Positions 28,787 to 38,328 of a stretch of 64,000 bases of DNA are shown one piece after another. The position numbers and the translations under genes were made by a program. The DNA comes from Bacteriovoracia bacterium. Its GTDB lineage: Bacteria > Bdellovibrionota > UBA1018 > CAIPTA01. Position 1 is the stretch's first letter. Every line of letters starts with the position of its first letter. Location of the stretch: assembly GCA_050246755.1 (NCBI GenBank), contig JBFWVL010000004.1, forward strand, positions 1 through 64,000, in the 5' to 3' direction. The notes beneath the pieces are model-generated. The model searched no databases and was not told the DNA's origin. It saw nothing but the letters and a program-made list of their open reading frames with translations.

Positions 28787-30688
28787 ATGTGTGGAATAGT
28801 GGGCTACGTGGGTCCTCGGCCCGCCCAGGAGCTGATTTATCGCGGGCTTGGCCGGCTTGAATACCGCGGCTACGATTCCGCCGGCATCGCCGCGCTCGAG
28901 AATTGTGGAAACGATACTTTCACGACCCGGGTGATCAAAGCCCCCGGCAAGCTGAAAGAGCTGAAGGCCTATTGGAAGGACATCGATTTTCCCTCCGGGC
29001 ACGCCATGGGGCATACGCGCTGGGCCACGCACGGGGAGGCGAATCAGGCCAATGCGCATCCGCACCGCGCCGGGGCCATCACGATCGTGCACAATGGTAT
29101 TATCGAGAATCATTCCGCCATTCGCGAAGATTTGCGCTCTAAAGGCGCAAAATTTTCTTCCGACACCGACTCCGAGCTTTTCGGCCATTTGGTAAGTGCT
29201 GAGCGGGAAGCGGGGAAATCGCTGCTGGAGTCCGTTCGGCTCTCTTTCCTAAAAATTCATGGCGCCTCCGCCTTCGTGGTGATGGATGAGCGCTTGCCGG
29301 GCACCATCGTGGTGGCGCGCAACGGCTCACCCCTGGTGATTGGATTGGGCCAGAACGAGAATTTCGTGGCCAGCGACGTGCCTGCCATTCTCGACAGTAC
29401 CCGCGAGATTTATTATCTCGAGGATAACGAGCTCGCCGAGCTCACGGCCAAAGGGGTGAAGGTTTTTTCCCTCGATGGAAAAGCGAAAAAAATAGAACCA
29501 GTCACGATCACTTGGTCGCTCGATAGCATTGATAAGCTGGGCTACGACCATTACATGCTGAAGGAAATTTTCGAGCAGCCGCGCGCGCTCACCGACACCC
29601 TCGGTGCCTGGCTCGATCTGGCCATCGGAAAGTTCCGGCTCGACGCCGCCGCCGTTTCGAAGAAATCCAACGTGGAGAGGAAATCCTATTCTCACGACGA
29701 GCTCGTGCGCGAATTCACGCGGGCGACCGCGCTGCATATCGTGGCCTGCGGCACCGCCGCCCACGCCGGCTTTTACGGCCAGCAATTATTCGAGCGCGTA
29801 GCTAAAATTCCCGCGCGCGCCGAGCTCGCCAGTGAATTCCGCTATCGTGAGCCGGTGCTTCGCAAAACCGACATCGGGCTCGTGATCAGCCAGAGCGGCG
29901 AAACCGCCGACACCTTGGCCGCCGTGAAGCTGATGAAACAGAACGGAATGAAGGTTTTCGCCATCTGCAACGTGCGCGATTCCTCGATTCCCCGCGAATG
30001 CGACGCCGTTTTTTACACGAATGCCGGCATCGAAGTGGGAGTGGCGAGCACCAAGGCGCTCACTACCCAGCTAGCGCTGCTCGCGGTACTGGCCGGCGCC
30101 TGCGCTTCCGAAGCGAAAGTTCTAGATGCCAAGGCCGAGCGTGCCTGGGTAGAAGGGCTCGGTAAGCTGCCGGAAATCGCCCGCCATTATCTCGAGAGCG
30201 AGGCGGCTCACGTAAAAAGAGTCGCGCACAAATTCGCCAATAAAAAAGGCTTCCTATTTCTCGGGCGCGGATCGTTTTTCCCGATCGCGCTCGAGGGCGC
30301 ACTCAAGTTGAAAGAAATCGCCTACGTGCATGCCGAGGGCTATTCCGCCGGAGAGCTTAAGCATGGCCCCATCGCGATGGTGGAGCCCGAGATGCTCGTG
30401 ATCGCTATCGCCCCCGAAGGGCATGGCCTCGTGCACTCCAAGACGGTGAGCAATATCGAGGAAGTGAAGGCCCGCAAAGGAACCTTGCTGTCGATATGTG
30501 CCGTAGAGGATACCCAGCTGCAAAAAATGTCGGAGGAGTTTCTGGCGATTCCCGATACGGGATTGCCCGACGTGCTTCCTATTCTCGCGCTGCTTCCGCT
30601 GCAGCTCTTTGCCTACGAGGTTGCCGTCTTCAAGGGTACCGAAGTGGATCAGCCGCGGAACCTGGCGAAAAGCGTGACGGTGGAATGA
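28787..30688 (+). CDS. glmS: glutamine--fructose-6-phosphate transaminase
   Basis: MCGIVG, GHTRWATHG, SQSGETAD, PRNLAKSVTVE. Confidence 0.98.
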   Translation: MCGIVGYVGPRPAQELIYRGLGRLEYRGYDSAGIAALENCGNDTFTTRVIKAPGKLKELKAYWKDIDFPSGHAMGHTRWATHGEANQANAHPHRAGAITIVHNGIIENHSAIREDLRSKGAKFSSDTDSELFGHLVSAEREAGKSLLESVRLSFLKIHGASAFVVMDERLPGTIVVARNGSPLVIGLGQNENFVASDVPAILDSTREIYYLEDNELAELTAKGVKVFSLDGKAKKIEPVTITWSLDSIDKLGYDHYMLKEIFEQPRALTDTLGAWLDLAIGKFRLDAAAVSKKSNVERKSYSHDELVREFTRATALHIVACGTAAHAGFYGQQLFERVAKIPARAELASEFRYREPVLRKTDIGLVISQSGETADTLAAVKLMKQNGMKVFAICNVRDSSIPRECDAVFYTNAGIEVGVASTKALTTQLALLAVLAGACASEAKVLDAKAERAWVEGLGKLPEIARHYLESEAAHVKRVAHKFANKKGFLFLGRGSFFPIALEGALKLKEIAYVHAEGYSAGELKHGPIAMVEPEMLVIAIAPEGHGLVHSKTVSNIEEVKARKGTLLSICAVEDTQLQKMSEEFLAIPDTGLPDVLPILALLPLQLFAYEVAVFKGTEVDQPRNLAKSVTVE

Positions 30689-30689
30689 G

Positions 30690-32465
30690 ATGCTGATTTG
30701 GGCTCTGGCCATCGTAATCGGCTGTTTAGCGGGCTTGCTCATCCCCGCTTCGTGGTGGATTTTACAAAATGCCGGTGAATGGGTTTTTCAGCGCTTCCAC
30801 TCGGCCCAGGAAACCCACGTGCTGCTTAGTTACAGTATTTTTCTTCCCGCGCTCGCGGGCGGATTGCTCTACGGTCTTTTCCTGGCCGTGCGCAGCTTCC
30901 GTTCGGCCGATGGCTTTACGTATTTTATTTCCGACTTGCATTTCCAGGACGGCCGAAGAAAAGTTCGCTACTCTTTTACCCACGGGCTGGGCGCGTTGTT
31001 TTTGCTGTTTGGCCAAGGCGTAGTAGGTGTAGAAGGCTTCGCGATCGAAGTGCTTTCTGCAATGGGTTCTAAGTTTGGGCAATGGGCCAAGCTTTCCAAT
31101 AATCAGGTCCGCACGCTTTCCGCCTGCGGGGCCGCCGCTTCGCTCGCCGCTCTCCTAGGCCAGCCGACGGCCGCTTTTCTCTTCGTGGTCGAGCTGCTCT
31201 ACGGCTGGGGAACTTTTTCCTTCGCCATCGGTCCCTACGCGGTGGCTGCCTTCGTGGCCCAGAGCGTGGCGCAGTCGCTTACTTCGCCCAATGGCGTTTT
31301 TCACTCCCTCTTCGCCGCCGACGCGGGGCTCTCCCTCGCTTTTCGCGCTGAAAGCTTTCAACTCACTCCGGTCACGGCGGCTTTCTGCGCCGTCACGCTT
31401 AGCATCGTGGCCGGTTTGGCCGCCTCTTTTTCCATCTCCCTCCACCGGAAAACCGACCGCGAGCTGCACGGCCTCTTTGAAACCCGCCGCGCCACCGACG
31501 TTTCTTCGGCCGCTTTTCTCGTGCGCATCGTGCTCTGGGCGGCGCTCACGGCTTTTGCGATTTATCTTTTTCCCCAGGCTCTCGGGAGCGGCGTCACGCT
31601 CCTGCATGAATCTCTCTCGCAGGGGTATCTCCTGAGCGTAGCGATCATTGCGGTTCTGCTGCGCATCTTGATGGGGGCTCTCACGTACTCCGTGATCGGC
31701 TCGATCGGGCTGATTTTCCCCACGCTGATCGCCGGCGGGATTCTGGGCGCGGCGGTTGCACTGGCGGCCCATAGCTTTATCCCCGTGAACCAGACCACCG
31801 TGGCGCTTTTGTGCATGGGGGCCTATTTTTCCGCATCCTTCGGCACTCCCGTGGCGGCCACCGCGCTGGTGTTTGGATTTGCCACCGGCTTCATGACCGA
31901 CTCCGCGCTTTTCCTCTTCACCGCGCTTTTCACCAACTTCGCCGCGCATTTTATTTGCGGGTATTTCCAATCGGACCGTATGGCAAGCATGGGGCTCTAC
32001 CGCCACGGCATCCGTTTTCGGGCGGGGATGTGTTTCAATACTCTCTCTGGTATCCAGGTGCGTGACGCCATGATCACTTACGCCGATCCGATTCCTTTCC
32101 AGAGCTCGCTCGGCGATGCCTATAAGCGCTTGATGGAATCGAAATTTCCCGTGCTGCCGGTGGTAAAAGACGGCCGGATGCTCGGCATGGTTTCACTCTC
32201 GGATTTTTACGGCCTCGATGCCTGGAGGAAGCTTGGCGAAGAGAGCCAGGTGCATAACCTAGTGGGCGTGGAAGAAATGCTCAAGCCCGCGCGCGTGAGC
32301 CTGCATCCCGAGATGAATTTGGAAACGGCTCTGCAAAATATGAGCGACGAAGAATGCGTGCCGGTGGTGGAGGGAGATTCGGTCTACGTGGGTCTATTAG
32401 TAAAGAGCGATCTCGTGAACCTGTATAACAAAGAAGTGGTGAAGAAAGCGTTTCGTCGCAATTAG
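30690..32465 (+). CDS. divergent ClC channel/transporter with CBS pair
   Basis: GVEGF, ACGAAA, GLIFP, GMGA-like motifs; C-terminal CBS domains. Confidence 0.85.
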   Translation: MLIWALAIVIGCLAGLLIPASWWILQNAGEWVFQRFHSAQETHVLLSYSIFLPALAGGLLYGLFLAVRSFRSADGFTYFISDLHFQDGRRKVRYSFTHGLGALFLLFGQGVVGVEGFAIEVLSAMGSKFGQWAKLSNNQVRTLSACGAAASLAALLGQPTAAFLFVVELLYGWGTFSFAIGPYAVAAFVAQSVAQSLTSPNGVFHSLFAADAGLSLAFRAESFQLTPVTAAFCAVTLSIVAGLAASFSISLHRKTDRELHGLFETRRATDVSSAAFLVRIVLWAALTAFAIYLFPQALGSGVTLLHESLSQGYLLSVAIIAVLLRILMGALTYSVIGSIGLIFPTLIAGGILGAAVALAAHSFIPVNQTTVALLCMGAYFSASFGTPVAATALVFGFATGFMTDSALFLFTALFTNFAAHFICGYFQSDRMASMGLYRHGIRFRAGMCFNTLSGIQVRDAMITYADPIPFQSSLGDAYKRLMESKFPVLPVVKDGRMLGMVSLSDFYGLDAWRKLGEESQVHNLVGVEEMLKPARVSLHPEMNLETALQNMSDEECVPVVEGDSVYVGLLVKSDLVNLYNKEVVKKAFRRN

Positions 32466-32564
32466 TCCACTTCCTCTTGTCCGAAAATCGATCAAAATAT
32501 TGCTGCGCATTAGGAGGAAATTCCGTTGTGGCCATGCACCGTTTCGAGTTAACTTTCGTGCCTC

Positions 32565-34949
32565 ATGGAACCCTACCTCCTCGGATTAAATGAACCCCAG
32601 CGCAAAGCGGCCCAGGCCACCGAAGGGCCCGTGATCGTGCTCGCCGGCGCGGGTTCCGGAAAAACAAAAATGCTGATCACGCGCGTGGCGCATTTGATCA
32701 AGCAGGGGGTGGACCCTTCCACGATTCTCGCGGTTACTTTCACGAACAAGGCCGCCGCCGAAATGAAAAAAAGGGTGGAAACCATCCTGCGAGAGATTCA
32801 TGCCGGCCGCCAGCATCACCAATGGGCCCAGCCCTGGATGGGTTTTTCCCACGTGCTGCCGGAAGTTTCCACCTTCCACTCTTTTTGCGTGAAGCTCCTA
32901 CGCAACGAGCTGTCCGCGCTCGGGTTCACGCGTCCTTTCGTGATCTACGACGACGACGACGTCTATTCTCTCATCAAGAAGGTGCTCGAAGAATTCGATA
33001 TCAATACCAAGAATGCGAATCCCAAGCGCTTTAAGGGCTTGATCGACCAGATGAAATGCCAAGCCATCGGTCCCGAGGAAGTGGATCCCGCGGATTTTTT
33101 CGGCCCGATCGGTGAGCAGCTCATCAAGGTATACCGCCGCTACCAGGAAGTTTTGCGCTCCAGCCAGGCCCTGGATTTCGGTGATCTCATCGTGGAGGCG
33201 TATAAACTGCTCCGCGATAATCCCGCGATCCTGGCTAAGTACCAGGAGCATTTCAAATATTTGATGGTCGACGAGTACCAGGATACGAACCGCGCCCAGT
33301 ACCTGCTCGTGAATATTTTGGCTAAGAAATACAAAAATATTTGCGTAGTGGGCGATGAAGACCAAAGTATTTACAAGTGGCGCGGCGCCGACATCAAAAA
33401 TATTTTGGACTTCCAAAAAGACTATCCCGAAGCGTTGATGGTGAAGCTCGAGCAGAATTACCGCTCTACCCAGACGATTATTTCGGCCGCTTCCGCGGTG
33501 ATTAAGAACAATAAGTCCCGCTACGATAAAACTCTCTGGACCGATAACGAGCCGGGAGACAAAATCCGCTGGGCCCAGTTGCCCGACGAACGCTCTGAGG
33601 CCGAGCACGTGGCGCGTGAGCTCACGAGCTGGCTGCGGGAGAATCCCGGAAGGTCTTTCGCCGACATCGCGATTTTCTATCGTTCTCACGCGCAGTCGCG
33701 GGCGCTCGAGGAAATCTTTCGCCGCCAGCGCGTAGCCTATAAAATCGTGGGCGGAGTAGGATTCTACGAGCGCCGCGAGATCAAGGATGCTTTGGCCTAC
33801 CTGCGGGTTCTGGTGAATCCCGATGATTCCGTTAGCCTGCTCCGGATCATTAACGTGCCCGCGCGCGGAATTGGAAAGACCACCCTCGACAAAGTGGAGC
33901 AATTCGCCACCAAGTATAAGCTTTCCTTTTATGCTGGCATGAAGAAGATGCTGGGCGGCTCCGAGGAAGCTGGTTCCTTGCCGCCGAGCGCCCAGAAAAA
34001 ATTAATCGAGTTCATGAAGCTCCTCGACGGCTTCCGTGCGCTCGCGCAGCGATCCTACGTGGGCGAGATGTTCCATCACATTCTCGACGCCACGGGATAC
34101 GTGAACGAGCTCAAGGCCGAAGACACCGATGAAGCGAAAGCCCGCATCCAAAACTTGGAAGAATTCGATACCGTGATCCAATTTTTCGAAGAGGATGCCA
34201 AACGCCGCGGGATGAAACCGGAAGAGGGGATGCTCCAAGGTTTCCTCAATCAAGTTACCCTGGAAGCTTCTTTGTTGGATAAGGGCGCGGAAGAGCCTAG
34301 TACCGGTTCGGTTTCGATGATGACCCTCCATTCTTCGAAGGGCCTCGAATTTCCGCTCGTGTTCCTCGTGGGCTGCGAAGAAGGAATTTTCCCTTCGAAA
34401 ATGGCGATGAGCGAGGAAGATTTCGATTCCGAAGCCATCGAAGAAGAGCGCCGTCTATGCTACGTGGGAATTACCCGCGCCATGGAACGGCTAGTGATGA
34501 CCAGCGCCAATATGCGCCGCATCTATGGCCAGATCCAGGTTTCTCCGCCTAGCCGTTTTCTCCTTGAGATCCCGGAACAATTCATCCAGCGCGATGTGAA
34601 GAAAGGGGACGCTTCCGTGGCTTCCCAGTTCAATGTGCGCACGGTTTGGGAATCGGAACGTTCCCGCGGCTTTCCTTCTTGGAAGGGAAAAGGCAAAACC
34701 GAGGGGGAGGGCGGCCGCAAATATGATTACGGGCATGAAGCCGCCGCGCCTACCTACGAAGTAAAGGCCGCCGCCGATGCCGAAGGTACCGAGATCAAAG
34801 TAGGGCAGAAAGTGAAGCATGCTTCCTATGGGGCCGGCACGGTGAAGCAGCTTGAAGGCTCAGAGTCGGATCGTAAGGTGACGATCGAGTTTAGTGGGCG
34901 CGTAACGAAGAAATTTTCGCTCAAGCACGTGCAGCTCGAACTGCAGTAG
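32565..34949 (+). CDS. pcrA: UvrD/PcrA DNA helicase
   Basis: AGAGSGKT, TFTNKAA, DEYQD, EERRLCYVGITRA; C-terminal Tudor-like domain. Confidence 0.93.
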   Translation: MEPYLLGLNEPQRKAAQATEGPVIVLAGAGSGKTKMLITRVAHLIKQGVDPSTILAVTFTNKAAAEMKKRVETILREIHAGRQHHQWAQPWMGFSHVLPEVSTFHSFCVKLLRNELSALGFTRPFVIYDDDDVYSLIKKVLEEFDINTKNANPKRFKGLIDQMKCQAIGPEEVDPADFFGPIGEQLIKVYRRYQEVLRSSQALDFGDLIVEAYKLLRDNPAILAKYQEHFKYLMVDEYQDTNRAQYLLVNILAKKYKNICVVGDEDQSIYKWRGADIKNILDFQKDYPEALMVKLEQNYRSTQTIISAASAVIKNNKSRYDKTLWTDNEPGDKIRWAQLPDERSEAEHVARELTSWLRENPGRSFADIAIFYRSHAQSRALEEIFRRQRVAYKIVGGVGFYERREIKDALAYLRVLVNPDDSVSLLRIINVPARGIGKTTLDKVEQFATKYKLSFYAGMKKMLGGSEEAGSLPPSAQKKLIEFMKLLDGFRALAQRSYVGEMFHHILDATGYVNELKAEDTDEAKARIQNLEEFDTVIQFFEEDAKRRGMKPEEGMLQGFLNQVTLEASLLDKGAEEPSTGSVSMMTLHSSKGLEFPLVFLVGCEEGIFPSKMAMSEEDFDSEAIEEERRLCYVGITRAMERLVMTSANMRRIYGQIQVSPPSRFLLEIPEQFIQRDVKKGDASVASQFNVRTVWESERSRGFPSWKGKGKTEGEGGRKYDYGHEAAAPTYEVKAAADAEGTEIKVGQKVKHASYGAGTVKQLEGSESDRKVTIEFSGRVTKKFSLKHVQLELQ

Positions 34950-35070
34950 GTATAACGCGCCGCTTGATCGAGGCTCAAGAAGCATAGCGGCAATCAGGTC
35001 ATTTTCCCAAACGCGGGCTTGCTGCCAAACTCGAGCAAAGTTAATCTTTGCCATTCAAAATCGAGGTTTT

Positions 35071-35376
35071 ATGTCTGAACTCGTTTCGCCAGAAGTAACC
35101 CGGAAAATTGCGCATTTAGCGCGCCTAAAAATTACGGAGCCCGAAGTGGCCCAGTACACCAAAGAACTCGAAAAAATTCTGGGCATGATCGCCCAGCTTT
35201 CCGAGGTGAACGTGGATGGGGTGGAGCCTTTAGTGCACGCGGTGCAAACCGGAACGCATTTCCGGGAAGACGAGGCGATCCAGCTTCCGGAAGAAGAAGT
35301 AAAACGAATTTTGAATTGTTCGGAACAGTCGCTCTACGAACAGTTTCGCGTGCCGCAAGTGATTGGAGGCGAGTGA
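35071..35376 (+). CDS. gatC: Asp/Glu-tRNA amidotransferase subunit C
   Basis: KIAHLARL, VEPL, FRED, FRVPQVI. Confidence 0.93.
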   Translation: MSELVSPEVTRKIAHLARLKITEPEVAQYTKELEKILGMIAQLSEVNVDGVEPLVHAVQTGTHFREDEAIQLPEEEVKRILNCSEQSLYEQFRVPQVIGGE

Positions 35377-36857
35377 TGCAATTCCCCCGTCATACTTTGA
35401 AGAAAGCCTGGGAATGGAAAGAACAGCTCAACGCCAAGAAAATTTCCGCCACCGAATTGGCCAAGGAGTATCTAAGCCGCGCGAAGGCCGATCAGACGAA
35501 TTCTTTTATCGGCCTCATGGAGAATGAGGCTCTGGCTGCCGCGAAGGAAGTAGACGCGGGAAAGCGGACGGGACCTTTGGCGGGAATTCCCATCGGCCTC
35601 AAAGACAATCTGGTTACCCTCGGCGTGCGCACGACTTGCGGTTCGAAGATTTTGGAGCATTATATTCCACCCTATAGCGGCACCGTGGTGAAGAAAATGG
35701 AAGCCGCCGGCACCTTGCCGGTAGGAAAGTGCAACCTCGATGAGTTCGCCATGGGTTCTTCCAATGAGAACTCCGCTTTCGGCGCCGTGAAACTGCCGCA
35801 GGACCATGCTCGCGTTCCCGGAGGTAGTTCCGGCGGCTCGGCCGCCGCGGTGGCGGGGAATCTTTCGGTGGTGGCATTGGGTTCCGATACGGGCGGCTCG
35901 GTTCGCCAGCCCGCCAGTTTTTGCGGGGTAGTGGGACTCAAGCCTACTTATGGACGCGTGAGCCGTTTTGGCCTAGTGGCGTTCGCTTCCTCGCTCGATC
36001 AAATTGGCCCGCTCGGCCTCGATGCCCAGGATACCGCCGATTTGCTCGAGGGCATTTCTGGTTTCGATACCTGGGATTCCACCTCGATCGAAAAGCCCGT
36101 TCCGCAGTATGGGAAAGCCGTGGAAAGAATCCGGAAAGATTCCGCGCACCGCCAGAGTTTCACCAAAAACCTACGCGTAGGCGTTCCTAAAGAATTTTTC
36201 GCCGATGGGCTGGATCCCACCGTGCGCCAGCAAGTGGAAAAAGCGATCGATGCCCTCAAGGGCGCCGGCGCCAAGATCGTGCCCATCACGCTGCCGCATT
36301 CCAAATATTCCCTCGCCGTATACTACGTGGTGGCCGTTTCGGAAGCCTCCGCTAACCTCGAGCGCTACGACGGAGTTCGCTATGGCACCCGCGTTTTACC
36401 TAACGGGCAGCAAACCACCCTGGAAGAAATGTACGAAGCCACCCGCGGAGAATTATTTGGTGCCGAAGTAAAGCGCCGGATCCTGCTCGGTACCTTCACA
36501 CTCTCTTCGGGCTACTACGACGCCTACTACCGCCGCGCCTGCCAAGTAAGAAATTTGATCACCCAGGATTTTGCGAAAGCCTTTCAGGAGGTAGACGTAA
36601 TCGCCGGTCCAACTACGCCCACCGTTTCTTTCGCGCGCGGCTCGAAAACCAGTGATCCGCTTTCGATGTACCTCTCGGATATTTACACCGTGCCCGTGAA
36701 TCTCGCCGGCTTGCCCGCCGTGTCGATGCCCTTCGGCACCGGGGAAAAGGGATTGCCCGTGGGGCTCCAGTTCATCGGCGCTCCGTGGAGCGAAGAAAAA
36801 CTACTCGAAACGGTGGCCGCCACCGAGATCCTCCACGACGAAGGGAAGGGAGCTTAA
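35376..36857 (+). CDS. gatA: Asp/Glu-tRNA amidotransferase subunit A
   Basis: GGSSGGS, SDTGGSVRQP, EVKRRILLG; TGATG overlap with gatC. Confidence 0.97.
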   Translation: MQFPRHTLKKAWEWKEQLNAKKISATELAKEYLSRAKADQTNSFIGLMENEALAAAKEVDAGKRTGPLAGIPIGLKDNLVTLGVRTTCGSKILEHYIPPYSGTVVKKMEAAGTLPVGKCNLDEFAMGSSNENSAFGAVKLPQDHARVPGGSSGGSAAAVAGNLSVVALGSDTGGSVRQPASFCGVVGLKPTYGRVSRFGLVAFASSLDQIGPLGLDAQDTADLLEGISGFDTWDSTSIEKPVPQYGKAVERIRKDSAHRQSFTKNLRVGVPKEFFADGLDPTVRQQVEKAIDALKGAGAKIVPITLPHSKYSLAVYYVVAVSEASANLERYDGVRYGTRVLPNGQQTTLEEMYEATRGELFGAEVKRRILLGTFTLSSGYYDAYYRRACQVRNLITQDFAKAFQEVDVIAGPTTPTVSFARGSKTSDPLSMYLSDIYTVPVNLAGLPAVSMPFGTGEKGLPVGLQFIGAPWSEEKLLETVAATEILHDEGKGA

Positions 36858-36858
36858 G

Positions 36859-38328
36859 ATGCCGCAACCTACCTATAATGGATTCGAAACCGTAATCGGC
36901 CTCGAGGTGCACGCGCAGCTCGCCACCAATTCGAAGCTGTTTTCGGCTTCCCCCAATAAATATGGGGTGGCTCCGAATCGCAATATCAACGCCGTGTGCA
37001 CGGCGCAGCCGGGTGCCCTGCCGGTGCTTAACCGCAAAGCCGTGGAATTCGCGATCCGTGCTGGTCTCGCCACGAACTGCAAGATTCGCAACGTGAGCGT
37101 ATTCTCGCGGAAAAATTATTTTTACCCCGATCTTCCGAAGGGCTACCAAATTTCCCAGTTCGATAAACCGATCTGCGAAGAGGGACACCTCGAGATCGAG
37201 TTCGAAAACGAACCCGGCGTGCGAGAGTCCAAAAAAATTGGCATTACTCGCATCCACATGGAAGAAGACGCAGGCAAGAGCCAGCATATGGCCGGATTTT
37301 CTTTGGTGGATTTGAATCGGGCGGGAACTCCGCTCATCGAAATCGTATCGGAACCTGATTTTCGCGGACCCGCCGAAGCGGCTGCTTACCTGCGTAAGCT
37401 ACGCGCCATTCTCCAGTACATCGAGGTCTGCGACGGGAATATGCAGGAAGGAAACTTTCGCTGCGACGCCAACGTATCGGTGCGCCGGATCGGCGAGCAA
37501 AAATTGGGCACCCGCGCGGAGCTCAAGAACCTCAACTCTTTCCGGTTCGTGGAAAAAGCGATCGAATACGAGATCCATCGCCAGATCAACGTGATCACCT
37601 CGGGGGGGCGCGTGATCCAGGAAACCCGGCTCTACGATTCGGCCAAGAACGTAACCCAGTCCATGCGCTCTAAAGAGGATGCGCATGATTATCGCTATTT
37701 CCCGGATCCCGATCTGCCACCGCTGAACGTGGATAATGCCTGGATCGAAAAAGTTAGGTCCGCCTTGCCGGAGCTGCCCGACGCCAAGGCCCAGCGCTTC
37801 GTGAAAGAGTTCGGATTGCCCGAATACGACGCGAAAGTAATTACTTCTTCCAAAGCGCTGGCAGCGTTCTACGAAAAGGCCGTGGCGAAATCCTTAGGCG
37901 AACCCAAGCTCGTCTCGAACTGGCTGATGACGGAAGTACTCCGCAAGCTGAAAGAGAACGAAAAAGAAATCGAAGACTGCCCCTTCACTGCCGAAAATCT
38001 CGGGGAACTCGTGGCGCTCATCAAGGGCGGCGAGATTTCTTCCAAGATCGCGAAAACGGTATTTGAGGACATGTGGGCTGAAGGAAAAGCCCCGGCCGCG
38101 ATCGTGAAAGAGAAAGGGCTTGTGCAGGTATCCGATCCCGGCGTGATCGAAGATGCGATGCGCCGGGTGATGGCGGCCAGTCCTAAGAACGTGGAAGAAT
38201 ACCGCGCCGGCAAAGAAAAGCTGTTCGGATTCTTCATCGGGCAGATGATGAAAGAAACCCAGGGGAAAGCTAACCCGGGTCTCGTAAACGATATTGTGAA
38301 AGCCTTTCTTAAGGGAGAGAAGTCATGA
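36859..38328 (+). CDS. gatB: Asp/Glu-tRNA amidotransferase subunit B
   Basis: IGLEVHAQL, YFYPDLPKGYQ, DYRYFPDPDL. Confidence 0.98.
   Translation: MPQPTYNGFETVIGLEVHAQLATNSKLFSASPNKYGVAPNRNINAVCTAQPGALPVLNRKAVEFAIRAGLATNCKIRNVSVFSRKNYFYPDLPKGYQISQFDKPICEEGHLEIEFENEPGVRESKKIGITRIHMEEDAGKSQHMAGFSLVDLNRAGTPLIEIVSEPDFRGPAEAAAYLRKLRAILQYIEVCDGNMQEGNFRCDANVSVRRIGEQKLGTRAELKNLNSFRFVEKAIEYEIHRQINVITSGGRVIQETRLYDSAKNVTQSMRSKEDAHDYRYFPDPDLPPLNVDNAWIEKVRSALPELPDAKAQRFVKEFGLPEYDAKVITSSKALAAFYEKAVAKSLGEPKLVSNWLMTEVLRKLKENEKEIEDCPFTAENLGELVALIKGGEISSKIAKTVFEDMWAEGKAPAAIVKEKGLVQVSDPGVIEDAMRRVMAASPKNVEEYRAGKEKLFGFFIGQMMKETQGKANPGLVNDIVKAFLKGEKS

Noticed and set aside
30650-30720. attTn7 site at the glmS 3' end / glmS ribozyme
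   Set aside because: ClC gene starts 1 bp after glmS with no Tn7 ends; glmU-glmS gap is 1 bp so no room for a ribozyme
32898-33902. Long antisense ORFs (also 15137-16162, 31155-32006, 4074-4874)
   Set aside because: Antisense shadows of well-supported genes in GC-rich sequence; no motifs
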